Below are positions 12,175-25,491 of a DNA stretch of 64,000 nucleotides, one piece after another. The translations under genes and the position numbers were made by a program. The stretch's first letter is position 1. Each line of letters begins with the position of its first letter. Under the pieces are notes generated by a model. The model was not told where the DNA came from. It was given only the letters and a program-made list of their open reading frames with translations, and did not search any database. The DNA is taken from NCBI RefSeq assembly GCF_024521635.1, contig NW_026250413.1, positions 744,001 to 808,000 of the forward strand. Direction: 5' to 3'. Source of the stretch: Tricharina praecox (lineage: Eukaryota).

Positions 12175-14513
12175 CTAATCCCCGCCGTTCCTTCCCTTCG
12201 CCTGGTAGACAAACTTTCGAATCTTCATTAAATCCTGTCTGCCCTCGGTCTCGACGCCGGAGCTGACATCGACGCCGACGAGCCCGTCCTCTTTGAGCTT
12301 GACCAGGTCTCCGACGTTCTTGTAGTCGAGGCCGCCGGCGAGGATGACCGGAACGCCGCTCTTGAGCACCTGCTGCACGCTCTCGGCATCGAGGCGTTGG
12401 CCGGTTCCGGCGCCGGGGTCGAGCAGCGCCATGGCGTGGTAGCCACGCTTGCCGAGGCCCTCCTGGCCGGGAACGAAGCGCTTGATGACGGGGACGGGAA
12501 TGATGCGCGCCCACTCGAGGGGCTCGTCGCCGTGCAGCTGGACGATGTCGAGGTCGAGCTCGCGCGTCTTGCACAGGACGTATTCCAGTGTCTGGTTCAT
12601 GAATACGCCGACAAGGAGGGCGCGGGTCGGGTGCTTGATGATGTGTGACCGCGAGTGCTCGAACCAGTCTTCGGCCGAGAAGTGGTGGTCCGAGACCTTG
12701 ATGTCTTCTGCAGTTTCCACGCCGCCCTTCACCGTCGAGTGCACGACTTCGGAAATGGCCTTTTGCGTGGCGACGTCGACGTTGCGCTTGGCGCCCTCAA
12801 CGAGGATGATGCCCACCATGTCGGCGCCCGTCTCGACGGCGACCGAGGCAGCTTCCACTGTTCGGGTGCCGCAGATCTTGACAAGCACTTCAGGTCTGCT
12901 CGGCTCGGGTGCAGATGTGCCGAGTAGCTCCGCGATGAACGATGTGACGCCTTTGCCGGCGCGCATCAGGGCCTCTCCAACCAGCACCGCTCCCACGTTG
13001 CCCTTTTCGTACTGTTCCACGTCTGCTCGCGACGAGATACCAGAGAGCGCACAGAGCGTGACTTTGCTTGCATCGATCATGTCCACCAGTCCGCTGGTAG
13101 TCTCCAGGTCGACCTTGAATGAGTGTAGATCCCGGTTATTGACTCCGATAACCGTTGAACCTATCTTCAACGCCCTCGTCATCTCCTCCCGGCTGTTGAC
13201 TTCGACCAGCGGCTCCATTCCTAATGATTTCGAGTAGTCGTACAGGCGCTTGAGCAGTTCATCATCCAGCATCTTCACGATCAGCAGGACAGTGTCTGCG
13301 CCAGCAAGTCGCGCCTCGAGAATCTGGTATTCATCGAAGATGAACTCCTTCCGCAGGATGGCAGGGCGGTTGGGCATTCCCTCAACGGCCTGACGGGCAG
13401 CCCGCAAATCGTCAATAGAACCTTTGAACCACTCCGGCTCTGTAAGAACCGAGATCGCGGCAGCACCGGCTAGGGCATATGTTCGGGCCTGAACCGCGGC
13501 AGACGCCTCAATGTCGATTTCGCCCTTCGACGGAGAAGCTCGTTTAATCTCGGCCATGATGGCGCACTTTGTCGACACCGACCGTAGCCGTGCAGGGAAA
13601 TTGATGAGCGGTGGTGAGAGCGACAGACTATGGAGCGTCTCGAGATCCGATGGTCGCTGCGAGGGGAGCTTCTTCTGTGCCTCAACAGCGGCGCGGCGGT
13701 GCGCGTAGATCTTGTCAAGAATCGATGTAGGCTCCTTCGTTTCCTTCTCAGACTTCTCAGAGGTAGCCACTGGTGTAGCTGCAATCTTCCGGAGTGCATC
13801 ATTCTCGATCCACGTTCCACCCTGCATCATCAAGAAGTTACGGAAGAGCATGCGGCCCTCCTCGGTCAGAATACTCTCAGGATGGTACTGTACACCCTCG
13901 ATCGTGTACTCCTTGTGGCGCACTCCCATTATGACGCCCGAATCCGTCCAAGAAGTGACCTCGAGCACCGCGGGGAGCGTGGTTTGGGTACCAGCCAGGG
14001 AATGATACCTGGTAACCGCGATGTCCTGGGAAACCTTATCGTAGATACCCTTTCCGTCGTGCTTGATGTGGGAGGTCTTTCCGTGGACGATCTCACCGGC
14101 GTACTCAACCGTTCCACCGAAGGCGCTGAAGATGCATTGTCTGCCGTTCAGTTAGCCATGCCGCCAATCGAGGTGCGACCTCGACCTCGCCCCCACGCCT
14201 CGAGAATAAATACTTACTCGCCCATGCAGACACCTAGTATTGGGATCTTCCCGGAAAAGTATTCAATGGCGGGAATGCTGATTCCAGAGTCGGTCTGCGG
14301 ATGTCCCGGGCCAGGACTCACAATGAGTTGTGTCGGCTCGAACGCGATCAGTTCCTCGAGCTCGAGCTTGTCGTTACGGATGACCGTAACGTTGGCACCC
14401 TCAAGCGTCAGGTACTGGTAGACATTCCACGTGAACGAGTCGTAATTGTCAATCATGACTACGTTCGAGGCCGTGGGAATCGGGTCCCGTGCGGGGTCTG
14501 GTCGACCTGACAT
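12175..14513 (-). CDS. TRP1: Trifunctional tryptophan biosynthesis protein (anthranilate synthase GATase / IGPS / PRAI), 2 exons, intron ~14141-14217
   Basis: [32 protein letters not shown] (GATase); [24 protein letters not shown] (IGPS); VKICG, VQLHG, LAGGL, DVSSGVE (PRAI). Confidence 0.97.
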
Positions 14514-14636
14514 TTTGGAGAGAGAGGCGGTGGTGATGTGGCGGAATTGAAGGTTGACGGGGAGAATATCGGCCCTATGGAGTGATCATATATCGTCAGT
14601 TCAACTTTATCCGGCTGAGAGAGATGGGAGCTCTTC

Positions 14637-14643
14637 TGAGTCA
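14637..14643. promoter_or_regulatory. Gcn4/CpcA/CPC-1 consensus site TGAGTCA upstream of TRP1
   Basis: Perfect TGA(C/G)TCA about 125 bp upstream of the TRP1 ATG, an amino-acid biosynthesis gene. Confidence 0.65.
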
Positions 14644-15197
14644 TTCATGCCTGAGTGCAATTGGACGGGGGTTGTTTGTAGTGGTTACTTACGAGCTGGT
14701 ACACTCAATCAATCGGTGGGTGAATGCGACGGAAAAGGGCACCAGGCCAGCCGGATGACGGAATTGAGAACGGAAGGAGGTGAAGATGTGGGTTGCAGAC
14801 TTCGTGCTCAGAGTAGGTGCTCCTGTGCTGTCCCTCGCTTCTTGAATTGGCTTCACAGTGAACAAAGCAATATGTTCTCGATGTAGTTACTTGCACCCTT
14901 TACTGCCCAACCCTCAACCCCGCCTCCGCTTCATCGTCATTGTTTGACGATAAGATTAGATGGATCGATAAGATACCAGGATTAAAATCCAAATTCAAAT
15001 TAAAGTCTGGGCATCTCGGAAACCGGTGCTGTGGGATTTTCCGAACTGCAGGGTTCGCAACTTGAACAAAGAGAGGAAGAGCTCGAAGCACCAGTGACCA
15101 CATCACCATCATCACCGAACCCCTATTGACCTCTACTTCTTTCTTGGAAACTATCATTCGATATCCGTTCAACATAGCGAATATTACTTCTCCGAAC

Positions 15198-17168
15198 ATG
15201 GCCGAAGAAGTAGGTGCTCGTTCAGCGCTCGATTCATTCGAGATCCTGACCACCTCCGGCATCCTGCTGTGGTCCAAAAAATACGCCCCGGTGAACTCCA
15301 GCGTGGTCAACAGCTTCATCAGCGACGTCTTGATCGAAGAGCGCGCACAGCCCGGCAGCGATGGTAAATGGTACAAAAAGGATTCCTACACACTGAAGTG
15401 GACCACGGCCAACGACCTGGGATTGATCTTCATCGCCGTGTACCAGTCGCTTCTGCAGCTCACATGGATCGACGAGCTTCTCGACACTGTCAAGACGCTG
15501 TTCACATCGCTGTACGGCGACCAGCTGAAGAAGCCTCACACGTCCACCATCGAGTGCCACTTCGATGACTACTTCAACACGCGGGTGCACGACCTCGAGA
15601 AGAAATACGGAGCGGTCACGCGACCAGTCGTCGCCGCCGCGCCTGCGCCCAGCGAATCGCCCGCTCTACAAGACAAGTGGGATGCGCCGCCGCCGATTCC
15701 GGGGAGCATGAGAACGCCACTGCGACCCGGCTCGCCCGCCGTCTCCGGCAGTCTCCTGGTCCCAGGCACATCCGACAGCTCCCGGCCCTCATCGCCGGGA
15801 ATGGGTGCCTCGGGCTTGATCACGGCGAAGCGTCCGCGCGGAGGTCGTGGACGTCGCGGGAAGTCCGCCGGCGTGGCGTCCAGCGGCGATGAGCTCTCGC
15901 CGGCTCCGTCGAGTGGCAAGAAATCTGGCAAGAAAGGGCGCGTGTGGGACGCCGACGGGAATGCCGACGAGGCGGACGAAAGGGTGCTCGATTATTCTGC
16001 GCAGGATGCGTCCGGCGAGGAGTCGGTCGTGGCACGGAAACTAGACTATATTGACCAGAAGGAATGGGGCAAGAAGACGTCGAAGGGCGAGTTTGTGCTG
16101 AAGGAACTGGGCGAAGAAGTGGAGGCAATACTGAAGCAGTCCGACGAGAAGCAATCCGCGGGCAGTGGCGCCATGGGCGGCGCCTTCGGCTTCTTCAAGA
16201 ACTTTGTGGGCGGAAAGGTTCTCACGAGGGAAGACATGGACAAAGCGCTCGGCGGGATGCGCGAACACCTGTTGAAGAAGAACATCGCGCAAGAAGCGGT
16301 CAACGACATCGTCAAAAACGTGGAGACCAGCCTTCTCGGGCAAAAGACTGGAACCTTCCAGAGCATCGAAGCGATCGTGCGGTCCTCGGTCGAAGCCGCC
16401 ATCAAGCGCATCCTGACACCAACCAACTCGCTCGACCTCCTCCGCGAAATCCAGCACAAGAAGTCTCGCGGCGCGCGCCCCTACGTCATCTCGATCGTCG
16501 GCGTCAACGGCGTGGGCAAATCCACCAACCTCTCCAAGATCTGCTTCTTCCTTCTGCAGAACAAGTATAAAGTCCTGATCGCGGCATGCGACACCTTCCG
16601 GTCCGGCGCCGTCGAGCAGCTGCGCGTGCACGTGCGCAACCTGGGCGAGCTCTCGGCGCGCGAGGGCGGCGTAGTCGAGCTGTACGAGAAGGGCTACGGC
16701 AAGGACGCCGCGAATATCGCGAAGGACGCGGTGGACTACGCCGAGCGCGAGAAGTTCGACGTCGTCCTGATCGATACTGCCGGACGCCGACACAACGATC
16801 AGCGCCTTATGAGCTCCCTCGAGAAGTTTGCGAAGTTCGCGGTGCCAGACAAGATCCTGATGGTCGGCGAGGCCCTCGTGGGAACGGACTCTGTCATGCA
16901 GGCCAGGAATTTTAATGCTGCGTTTGGAAGTGGCAGGACGCTCGATGGGTTTATTATCAGCAAGTGTGACACTGTTGGCGACATGGTATGCCCTCCTCAC
17001 TCATACTCTCTCTTTCTGTACCTATACTAACGCCAGTGACAGATCGGAACATTAATCAGTATGGTCTACGCCACCGGCATCCCCGTGGTGTTTCTGGGCG
17101 TTGGACAGAACTATCAGGACCTTAGGACTTTGAATATCAGCTGGGCGGTAGGATTATTGATGTCGTAG
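15198..17168 (+). CDS. SRP101: Signal recognition particle receptor alpha subunit, intron 16986-17042
   Basis: N-terminal SRX (FEILTTSGILLW, VAVYQSLL-like); SRP GTPase motifs GVNGVGKSTNLSK, ACDTFRSGAVEQL, DTAGR, SKCD, FLGVGQ.Y.DL. Confidence 0.96.
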
Positions 17169-17897
17169 AGTAGTAGAGTAGTAGAGTATGATTACGATGG
17201 GGGATGGGGGGTTGATGTCACGGCGAGAGAGTATTATAACGGAGGAGCGAGTGAGTGAGTAGTTGAATTTCAATTGACTCTACTTTTCTTGGAATCTCCA
17301 GATCGGGATCGGGAACGTGATATTGAGTGATAGTGAAGAAACCAAACACCATGGAATATACCCACTCCGGTTCACCATCATAACCAACCCAATCCAATCC
17401 ACCAGATCCTAGAATCAATAGCTAAGGACACACCGAGGAAACACACGCCTTTCAAAAAAAGCCCCAGTACCGGTACCTACAATAAACAATCATGAAGGGC
17501 ATATGTACTCGTATAGGAGCTCATAAACCCACCACTTCCTCATCACCATACCACCATACCACCACCCATACCACCACCCATACAGTCAATCATACCCAAG
17601 ATAAATCGGAACTTTTTTTCTCCCAATATCGAACCCATCCCATCGTCCCCACACTTCCCTCATCACACTACCCGAACGAAAAGAAGAATAAAAAAGTGAA
17701 AGGGAAAAAGAAAGGAAAAGAACCAACCCGTAACCAGTCGCCCCGAAGAAAAGAAAAGACCACACTGAACCACGACAAAGAAAAATGAGAAAAGGAAAAA
17801 GAGACAAAAGGTAGAAAAAAAGAAAGAAAAAAAACCACCAGTCACAAACAGAACATATTCCCCCCCCATCATCATCACGCGTACTTACTTCTACCAC

Positions 17898-20361
17898 CTA
17901 AATCTTCTGGTAGAACAGGATATACGCCGTCCTGCTATCCTTGCCGACATATCTCTTGCCATCGCCTCCCTTGCCGCCGCTTCCACCGCCATTCACCTGC
18001 TCCCAATTATTCACCCACCCGCCTTCCTGCACCTCCTCGCTGTCAGTGTACTTCCCGATGTCCTTGATGTCGACGGCGACATCCTTCGGCGCGACCATCT
18101 GGATAGAGGTATCATCGAGTCGGATCCACGTCTTGGTGTCTTGTCGGAGGACGTCGACGGTGTAGTGGCCGCCCTGGGCAGAGCTGCCGTGGTGGTAGAC
18201 TACGCCGATGAGTCTGTATCTCGACAGCGCTCCGCGCTTGCTCATGGCCTCGCGCGGAATTTCTAGCTCGAGTGGGTACGCAATCTTTTTCCAAATCTTC
18301 TGGGTACCACCGGTATTATCGTACTGGAAGCGCTTGAGGTGCAGGATTAGAACTGGGGGTAGGGTCTCTATTGAGACCTGCTTGGTAGCGACCACGTTGG
18401 GTCCCTTTGGAGAGTTGAAGTCTCCCTGCATCTTCTCCTGGGTATTCAAGTGCTTCAGAGCATCTACTACCGAGTTGACGTCGGGATGGTGGATGTCCAG
18501 TTGCAGCGGCGTATAGGGTTCCAAGGTCACCGAGTTCTGCAGTCCTGGGACGCTGAAAACCGATCGAAGCTTGCCTCCAAAGATTCTGGTGATTGGTGAT
18601 TCGCAGATCTCCGTGGTCCGAGTCGTAGATGCCTTCTGTTTCGGGCCAACCTCGAGCCATCCAGCCTCGTCGTTCTTTGAAGATCCATTCGCTTTCGGAG
18701 TCTCCGTCGCTACTCTCTTCGTGACTTCCACAGCCTCCTCGTGCAATCCGTCCAAAAGGAATCCAAGGAACTCTTCGGCGTCTTGCTGCTGGCCTCTCTG
18801 TAAAGACCGTTAGCATCCAACGCACCACCGATAAGAATTGGCGGCCATACCTTCATGTGCGAAAACCTCTTTAACTGCCGAATAGTCTCGTAAAAATATT
18901 CTGGCGCGAACGGTTCTCCGAGGGCCTCCAAGTCATCGCTCTTAATCTTCGATTTTGAGTCTGTAGTGATGACCCTGAACTCGCGCATGAACATGATCAT
19001 CGCTTCAATCAAAGGTGTATCATTCTTCATGTTCCTAGCACTGCTGGAAAGGCGGTCCAGGAAATGATAGAATGGACCACAAAACACCAATGTTTGCAAA
19101 ATCTGTGACAGTCAGCTCCTACTCCAGCTCAGTACCGAGACTATGTACTTACGGCATTCATAAAACACATGTTTCCGGTATTTACCAGCCCTCTGGGCTC
19201 CAGGAAGGGTGTAACAATCGCGTCCTGAATCTTGAAAGCATTAAGAGCTTCTCCAAGGGAAGTGTAGAGTCCATTTGCAGGAGTGTTCGTCTTGGCAGCC
19301 ACGGGGGCCGCAGTGGCAGGCTTCTGAGCGTTATTTTTCTTCAACAGATCAGCCCACAACGCCGGCTTAGCTGGTGCTTCTGGGGCCGCCGGGAGCTCCG
19401 GCGCTGGCGCTGTCTCGGAGCCCGGAACTGGAACAGCTGGTATCACTGGTGCGGCTGTTACCGGTACGACCTTGTGAGCTGTAGGTGTGGTTGGTGCTGT
19501 TCCGCCATTTGTCGATCCATTGGTTGAGATAGGTTGAGGCTTCTCCCCATCCTTCTTCGCTCTGGACTTGGGCGTGACGAGGGGAACCGCAGGTGGTGTA
19601 ACAGGCACCACCGGGGTATTCTTGGCTGCAACCGATGTCGCAGTCGACGGAGGAGCGGTAGAGGAGGGGGTGGTAGGATGTGTAGAATCGACTTCGGAGG
19701 GAGGGTTGGTGGTTGCAGGAGTCGCCGGTTCAGGGGCAGATGGAATCTGTGGATTTATTTGGGTGGGGGTGGTGGGTGCTTGTTCTTGTTCTTTTGCTTG
19801 TGGCTGTGGTTTCTGCGAGGCAGTATTCGGAGGTGGCTGTCGTCTTCGTCTTCGACGCCGTCCTGGAAAAGGCTGCCCTTCAGCTGAGTACCAAGGCAAC
19901 TACACCACGTCAGTTTCAGATATCCCGCAGCAGGCAACGATCCAATCACGTACCGGTGGTATGAAGTGTGGCCGTTGCACAACGGGTTCAGCTCTTGGTG
20001 CAGGAACAGCTGTTGGCGCGGGAACAACTTGCTGTGGTGGGGGTGGCGGCGGCGGTACCGGTAGAGATTGTACAGGTGGCGGCGGCGGAGGTGTTGACAT
20101 GTACTGGTGAGGATGGTGATGGGGATGGGGATGGTGGTGTTGTTGGTGTTGCTGGTAATGGTGGTGTTGCTGCTGGTGGTGGTGGTGCTGCGGCGGAAGA
20201 GGTTGATGTAGGGGAGGATAGTACGGGATTCCCATCATCTGCTGGGGCAGAGCAGGAGTGACCGCAGAATTTGTTCTTCGGCGAGCGGCACCACCGCCGA
20301 CACCATATGCGCTGTCGGGAACAGCAGGCCTCACGGCCGCCCCGGGTTGTGTGGGATGCAT
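17898..20361 (-). CDS. UBP3: Ubp3/USP10-like ubiquitin-specific protease, 4 exons; start approximate
   Basis: PRGLVNTGNMCFMNA Cys box, GQQQDAEEFL, LILHLKRF, YHHG...GGHY His box, W.RLDD; LPWYS..FP.RRRR motif and WADL motif in the low-complexity N-terminus. Confidence 0.9.
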
Positions 20362-21300
20362 GATCGTGCTGGAAGGACTCGCGTCGGTCCGACGCGGCCC
20401 TGGGGACGGTTCTGGTGGAATGCCAGAACCCGACTATGCCGATTGACTATGAATGTGTGATGGAACTTGGATGTTGCGAGTGCGGGCTGTTCTATTGCTG
20501 CTGAGGTGTGACGACAAAGATTTTTGCTGGGTACGAGGTGGTGCTGGTACTGAATGTGGCGGCGGGAGTGATGTGATGTGTAGAGTAGTGCGATTCTTGA
20601 GTTCTGCGCAGAAATAGCGAGAAATGGAGGGAAGCGGGGCGTGTAATGCTGGGTGGTGATGAGCGGATGGAGAGGCGGATGTGGTTGATTGGGAGGTGGT
20701 TGTCGTTGGCTGTGTGGTTGCGAGTCGAGGGGCGGCAAGTGGCTTTCACCAAAAAGAAGCGAAGTGGTGGTGGTTGACTCTTGCCTTCTTTTGGTCAACA
20801 ATGGAACCGATGAACACGAGCACAACACAAACGGAATTTCTACATTTGTACTTGGAATAGACTTTGAATTAGGGTTGTCGTCGAGGTAAATTCAACGAAC
20901 GAATCAAATGATGTGCCGGTATTTTCGGACTCGATCGCCGCAGCGATGGCGACTGGCGGCGACGTTTTTTCTCGGTGGTCACCGCTGCCAAGACCATGCA
21001 CTCCCGAAGCTACTAATCGCGATTTCACCGAGTGATATTTCAAGTCGACGATCTCGACTCAGGATACGAAGAAGTGATCTCACAACCATTTCCAACCTGC
21101 ATTGCCGAATCCTCACTAAAGAACCCAACAACACCGTGCCCGTAAAAGCAATATTTACCCTCAGAAAGAGGCGCCGATCCATCAACATCCATGCCCAAGT
21201 AACCAAGTAACTGACGCCAAAACCCCAAAGCAATGCTCGCACCAAGTCATCTACAAGTCCAAGTCCAAGCCCAAGCCCAAGCAACCCCCGCCTTCCAAGC

Positions 21301-22140
21301 TCAAGCAACCGGCAGCTTCGCCTTAGCCCCCGACTCCTCGACCCAGACATCGAGATTCATCGCGCCGCTAACAATACTCCTCAGCGTGACCGTCGTCGTC
21401 CCCACCGTTCCCACCGTTCCATTCGTCATCTTCGGATCCTCGACGACCCACCGCTTCTCGCGCTCGATGGGGACACCCCCCTCCTCCAGCTCCAACGCAA
21501 CTGTAAACGAGCAGCCCTCAGGCAGCCTCCCCAGCCTGCCCGCCACACTGGCCAACTGCATCATAAGACTCCTGAACTGCGCATGTAGATCCGGGAGGTC
21601 TGTAATCCCATCCTCCGCCACCAGGAGGGTATGCCTCTCCCTCCCCCCCACCCGTGGCAAATACCCCACATCAAAACAAAACCTCTCCAGCGGCGCGCGC
21701 AGCGGGCCCGGCGACAGTACGACCACCGCCACAATGCGCACATTCTCGGCGAGCATCTGCTCGCCGACAGTATCGACCAGTTCGCGCACGAATCTGTTTA
21801 CGGCCGGGACACGACACATCTTTACGGCGGCGCCGTACATGCGGCTCGCCATGAATAGCCGCGCGGGGTAGATACCCCGCGCGTACAGAATCGTGTGGAT
21901 GCTGCACTCGAGGTGCGATATGAATAGCCCCGTTAGCGACGCGACCGTTGGGAACTCGCCGGTTGGTAATTCCGGGATGGAGGCGGGCGAGGACGCGCGC
22001 GACGGCGAGGAGTCGTGGTCGAGGTCGAGGTCTGGGTTCAGGTCCGCATCCACTTCTGACTCCGAGGCGTCGAGGTCCGCGTCGAGGTCGGAGTCGAAGT
22101 CATAGTTGTGTGGTTGGTCTGCTGCTTCGGAGTCGGTCAT
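21301..22140 (-). CDS. REV7: HORMA-domain protein, DNA polymerase zeta accessory subunit Rev7/MAD2L2, with acidic N-terminal extension
   Basis: HLECSIHTILYARGIYP..LF...R.YG..V..CR.P.V, LERFCFDV, LPEGCSF; intronless. Alternative in-frame ATG at 22188. Confidence 0.85.
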   Translation of the reverse strand: MTDSEAADQPHNYDFDSDLDADLDASESEVDADLNPDLDLDHDSSPSRASSPASIPELPTGEFPTVASLTGLFISHLECSIHTILYARGIYPARLFMASRMYGAAVKMCRVPAVNRFVRELVDTVGEQMLAENVRIVAVVVLSPGPLRAPLERFCFDVGYLPRVGGRERHTLLVAEDGITDLPDLHAQFRSLMMQLASVAGRLGRLPEGCSFTVALELEEGGVPIEREKRWVVEDPKMTNGTVGTVGTTTVTLRSIVSGAMNLDVWVEESGAKAKLPVA

Positions 22141-22602
22141 CTTGGTTGAGAGGTAGGAGGGAGGGACGTGTGGTGGTGACGCGTACATACTCTACACGAG
22201 GCGTGGGGAGACGTGTTGGAAACAACTTGATCCCAGCATGGTTCAGTCTCGCTTGTTCATCACGAGCTCTCACCCCTTCACCTTCGCCTTCATCTTTGGC
22301 ACGACAACTTAAATCCGTCGTCGTTGATTCCCTATGGAAGAAAAGAAAAAGATACAAGAAAAAAGAACACCCGATGAGTTAAATAGAGAGTAAAAGCGAA
22401 GACAGACACGCGAGATATGAAAGCAACCGACCCCCATCCATCTACATGCCCAAAAGCATCCATTCGTTATTTTTTTCTCAGATGTCCCCGACTTTCTCCC
22501 TCAACAAACACCAGCTAGCTTATTACTCCACTAATTCTAATGCAAGCCCCCATCTCCCCTCCGAACACCGTTTTCTGTCCGAGATCAACACCGTCTCCGG
22601 AT

Positions 22603-25091
22603 TTAGTAGATCCTCCAGCGGTCCTATTACATGAACGTTAGTACTGGGGGTCGAGGTGAAGCGAGGACATCGGGAGTAACTTACAAACCACTTCAGGTAG
22701 CTGTACTGACTAGCAGGGCCAGTCATACCGAAGGTGATGGGAGAGAACAGAACAAAGAGGCCAATGATCGTCGCGTAAGTGATGAGGTACGCAGCGATGC
22801 TACCACTCTTGGGGAGCTTTCCGGCAAGGTGGTTGAAGACGAAGCCGAAAACGAGAATGGCAAAGTACAGAGCCGGGTAGTAGTGGTGCACGTAGGTGAC
22901 ACGGCCCATGGCGATGAACGGGACATAGTGGAATACCCAGCCCAACAGCGGGTAAATACCGGCGTAGTGGAACTGGTCGATGTCGGCCTGGGTGAGGTCC
23001 TTGTAGCCACGCTGCCAGCGGATGAGGTAGAAGATAACCAGCAGGCCGAAAACTCCAAGGGTGGCGGTGGAGCCCCAGTAAACGAGCGGGTTGCCGAGGA
23101 GGAAGTACTTGACGATCTTGTCATCCCAGCTGCACATGCGCAAACCGACATGCAGGATGGGCCACTGCCACCATTGGGAAGCCAGGTCGTCCTGCTTGTC
23201 AGGGTCCGGAACAAGGGCATTGTTGGAGGTCATCATGGCAACGTTCAAGTGCAGGAAGTCCTTGAGGAACGGCGACTTAAAGGACTTGACATCGGCCTTG
23301 GGAAGCTTGTCGTTCCAGTGGCTCTCAACGTTCCAGTGGGTGTACTTGTCGCGGGGGTTGTTCTTCTTGACGCAGGTAGTCTCAATCTGCTTGAAACCCC
23401 ACTGTGGAAGGTTGACGTTTCCGGCACGAAGGTAGCAGCCCAAAGACGTGTGTCTGAGTCTGAACGACGAGGTCAAAGTTCTAAGCTTGCTCTTATCCTT
23501 GCTAGAAGTATCCGCGACGATCTCGACAGTCCAATGGTCCTTGTGGTCGCCAACGGTCAAGTTTCCGTAGCACGATACCTCGTTGTCCGCCTTGGTGACG
23601 GGCGCAGCGACGGCGTGCGAGTGAAGGTTGCGTCCAGTCTGAGCGTGGATGAGACGGATGACGTCGCCGTTTCCAACGAAGCGCAGCTCATCAGAAGAAG
23701 CATTGTATAGGGGTTCGCCGCGGGACGGGTAGAAGAACCAGTCGTTGTTGGTATCCTTGTGGTGGTAGCAAGTGATCTGCTGCTGGCCGGAACCGTCAGG
23801 GTAGGTTTGGACGTGGGAATGCAAAAGTCCTCCACCGTATCCCATGTTCTTGAGGGTGGCACGGGAACCGATGGCGACCTCAAGCGGGCTGTTTCCGAGA
23901 TCAGTGCCCTTGAGGTTGGCCTGGAAAAGCGAGCTCATCTGAGCATCACCGGGACCAGAGTTCTCGAGAATGATGAAGTGAGCCTTGAAGCTGGCCATGT
24001 AAACCAGCAATGGGATGACGATGAGTCCGATGATTCTCGTGAACCAATGAGCTGCGTAGGTGTGCTTTTTCCCGCAGATGTTAGCAACTGCACCCTAGAC
24101 AAGATCCACGGGGAGAACCAACCACTGGCATCCTGAGATCCCCGAACTTGTTCCACAGGTCCTCAACGGTGTACAGTCCGACGACCGCGGTCGCGAACAA
24201 TCCAACCCACTTGACACTGCAGACACAGCCGACCGAAATTCCCGAAAGGATCAACCACATGAACCACTGGAAGCCGAACGACCTCTTCTGCAGGCTGTGG
24301 AAACGCGCGAAACAGAGCATGGTCGTGAAGGTGAAGAACAGAAGCATGGCGTCCAAAAGAATGAAGCGACTGATAGTAGCATACGAGTTATCGCACAGCA
24401 CCATCAGAGTGATCAGCCAAGTCGCCTTCTTCGAGAGCTTGAACTCTTTGGCGGTGTAGTAGGCCAGCGGAATGCAGAGCGCTCCGAACGCAGAATTGAA
24501 GATCCTCATGAACTGGTAGTCGACCTCCGGCGGGTACTTCTCTCCGGACTTGAACTCGAACGAGCCATTGTAGCCAGCCAGGTATCCCGACAGACCGACG
24601 AGCATCTTTCCCAGCGGAGGGTGGACATCGAAGTAGAATTCCCGTTTCAGGTAGTGCGATCCGAACTTTCCAAAGCTGTACAGAGCCAGCGATCAGCACG
24701 GCACGGCGCAGCAACAACAGCAGCATCCCCGGGGTAGGAAGGAAACGTACTGAGCTTCATCCCACGTAACGATATCAGACTGGCCAATCTTCCACATCCG
24801 CGTGAAGAACGCCGCGAGTGTGAATACTATGGGCGCAAGGATGCTCTCGATATCTATACCGCCCCCCTAATTGGCAACTCTGGCATCAGCATCCTGCCAA
24901 TTACACATGTCCGGGACGGGCCCGCAGGAGAGAGAGCTACTCACTCTTGCCGGACTCTTCTTCTTGGTGTCGTCCTCCTCCGTCAGCGGTAGCGGTGTAT
25001 ACACAGTATCTCCTCCTACGACCGTTCGTTTTCTCAGACCGGCGGCATCGAGATCCGCGCCGGTCCCGTAGACCGGAGCGTTAGAGGCCAT
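22603..25091 (-). CDS. PMT2: Dolichyl-phosphate-mannose:protein O-mannosyltransferase, PMT2 subfamily, 5 exons
   Basis: [52 protein letters not shown] domains (LHSH, QQQITCY), [10 protein letters not shown]; last exon DRWRIY*. Confidence 0.96.
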
Positions 25092-25448
25092 CGTGGGGAC
25101 CTCAGGGCTTCAGCACGCAATTCCGCGGGTGGGTGGGGTGGGTTCTCAGGGTTGTTTCGCGTGTGATGCGTCGTGCGTTCGTTCGTCGTGTGTGTCGGGA
25201 AAGGGGAGCTCCCCTTGTAAAAGTAAAAAAAAAAAAAGAAGAAAAGGGAAAGGTGAACGGGAGTTGAGAGAAAGTTCGATTGATTGAATGAAACCCAAGG
25301 AGCAAACGAGCGGAACAATAGCGGGAAAGCAATAAACAGAAGGTACTATGAAGAGCAAGTGCGAGAAGCAGCAGCAGCAGCACTGTGTAGGTATATGGGA
25401 TCAAGGAAGCCCTATGGATGAATCGAACCCCTCCACTCTAGGTGCTTT

Positions 25449-25491
25449 GGTAGTGGTAGTGGTGGTAGTAGTGGTAGTAGTGGTAGTAGTG
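25449..25491. repeat. (GTA/GTG)n microsatellite
   Basis: GGTAGTGGTAGTGGTGGTAGTAGTGGTAGTAGTGGTAGTAGTG. Confidence 0.85.

Noticed and set aside
15126-15197. In-frame TTG-initiated extension of SRP101
   Set aside because: ATG 15198 has good context and lies just before the conserved N-terminus.
22631-23710. 359-aa + strand ORF antisense to PMT2 (likewise 16041-17000 over SRP101 and ORFs over TRP1)
   Set aside because: Typical shadow ORFs of C/G-ending codon bias; no recognisable motifs.
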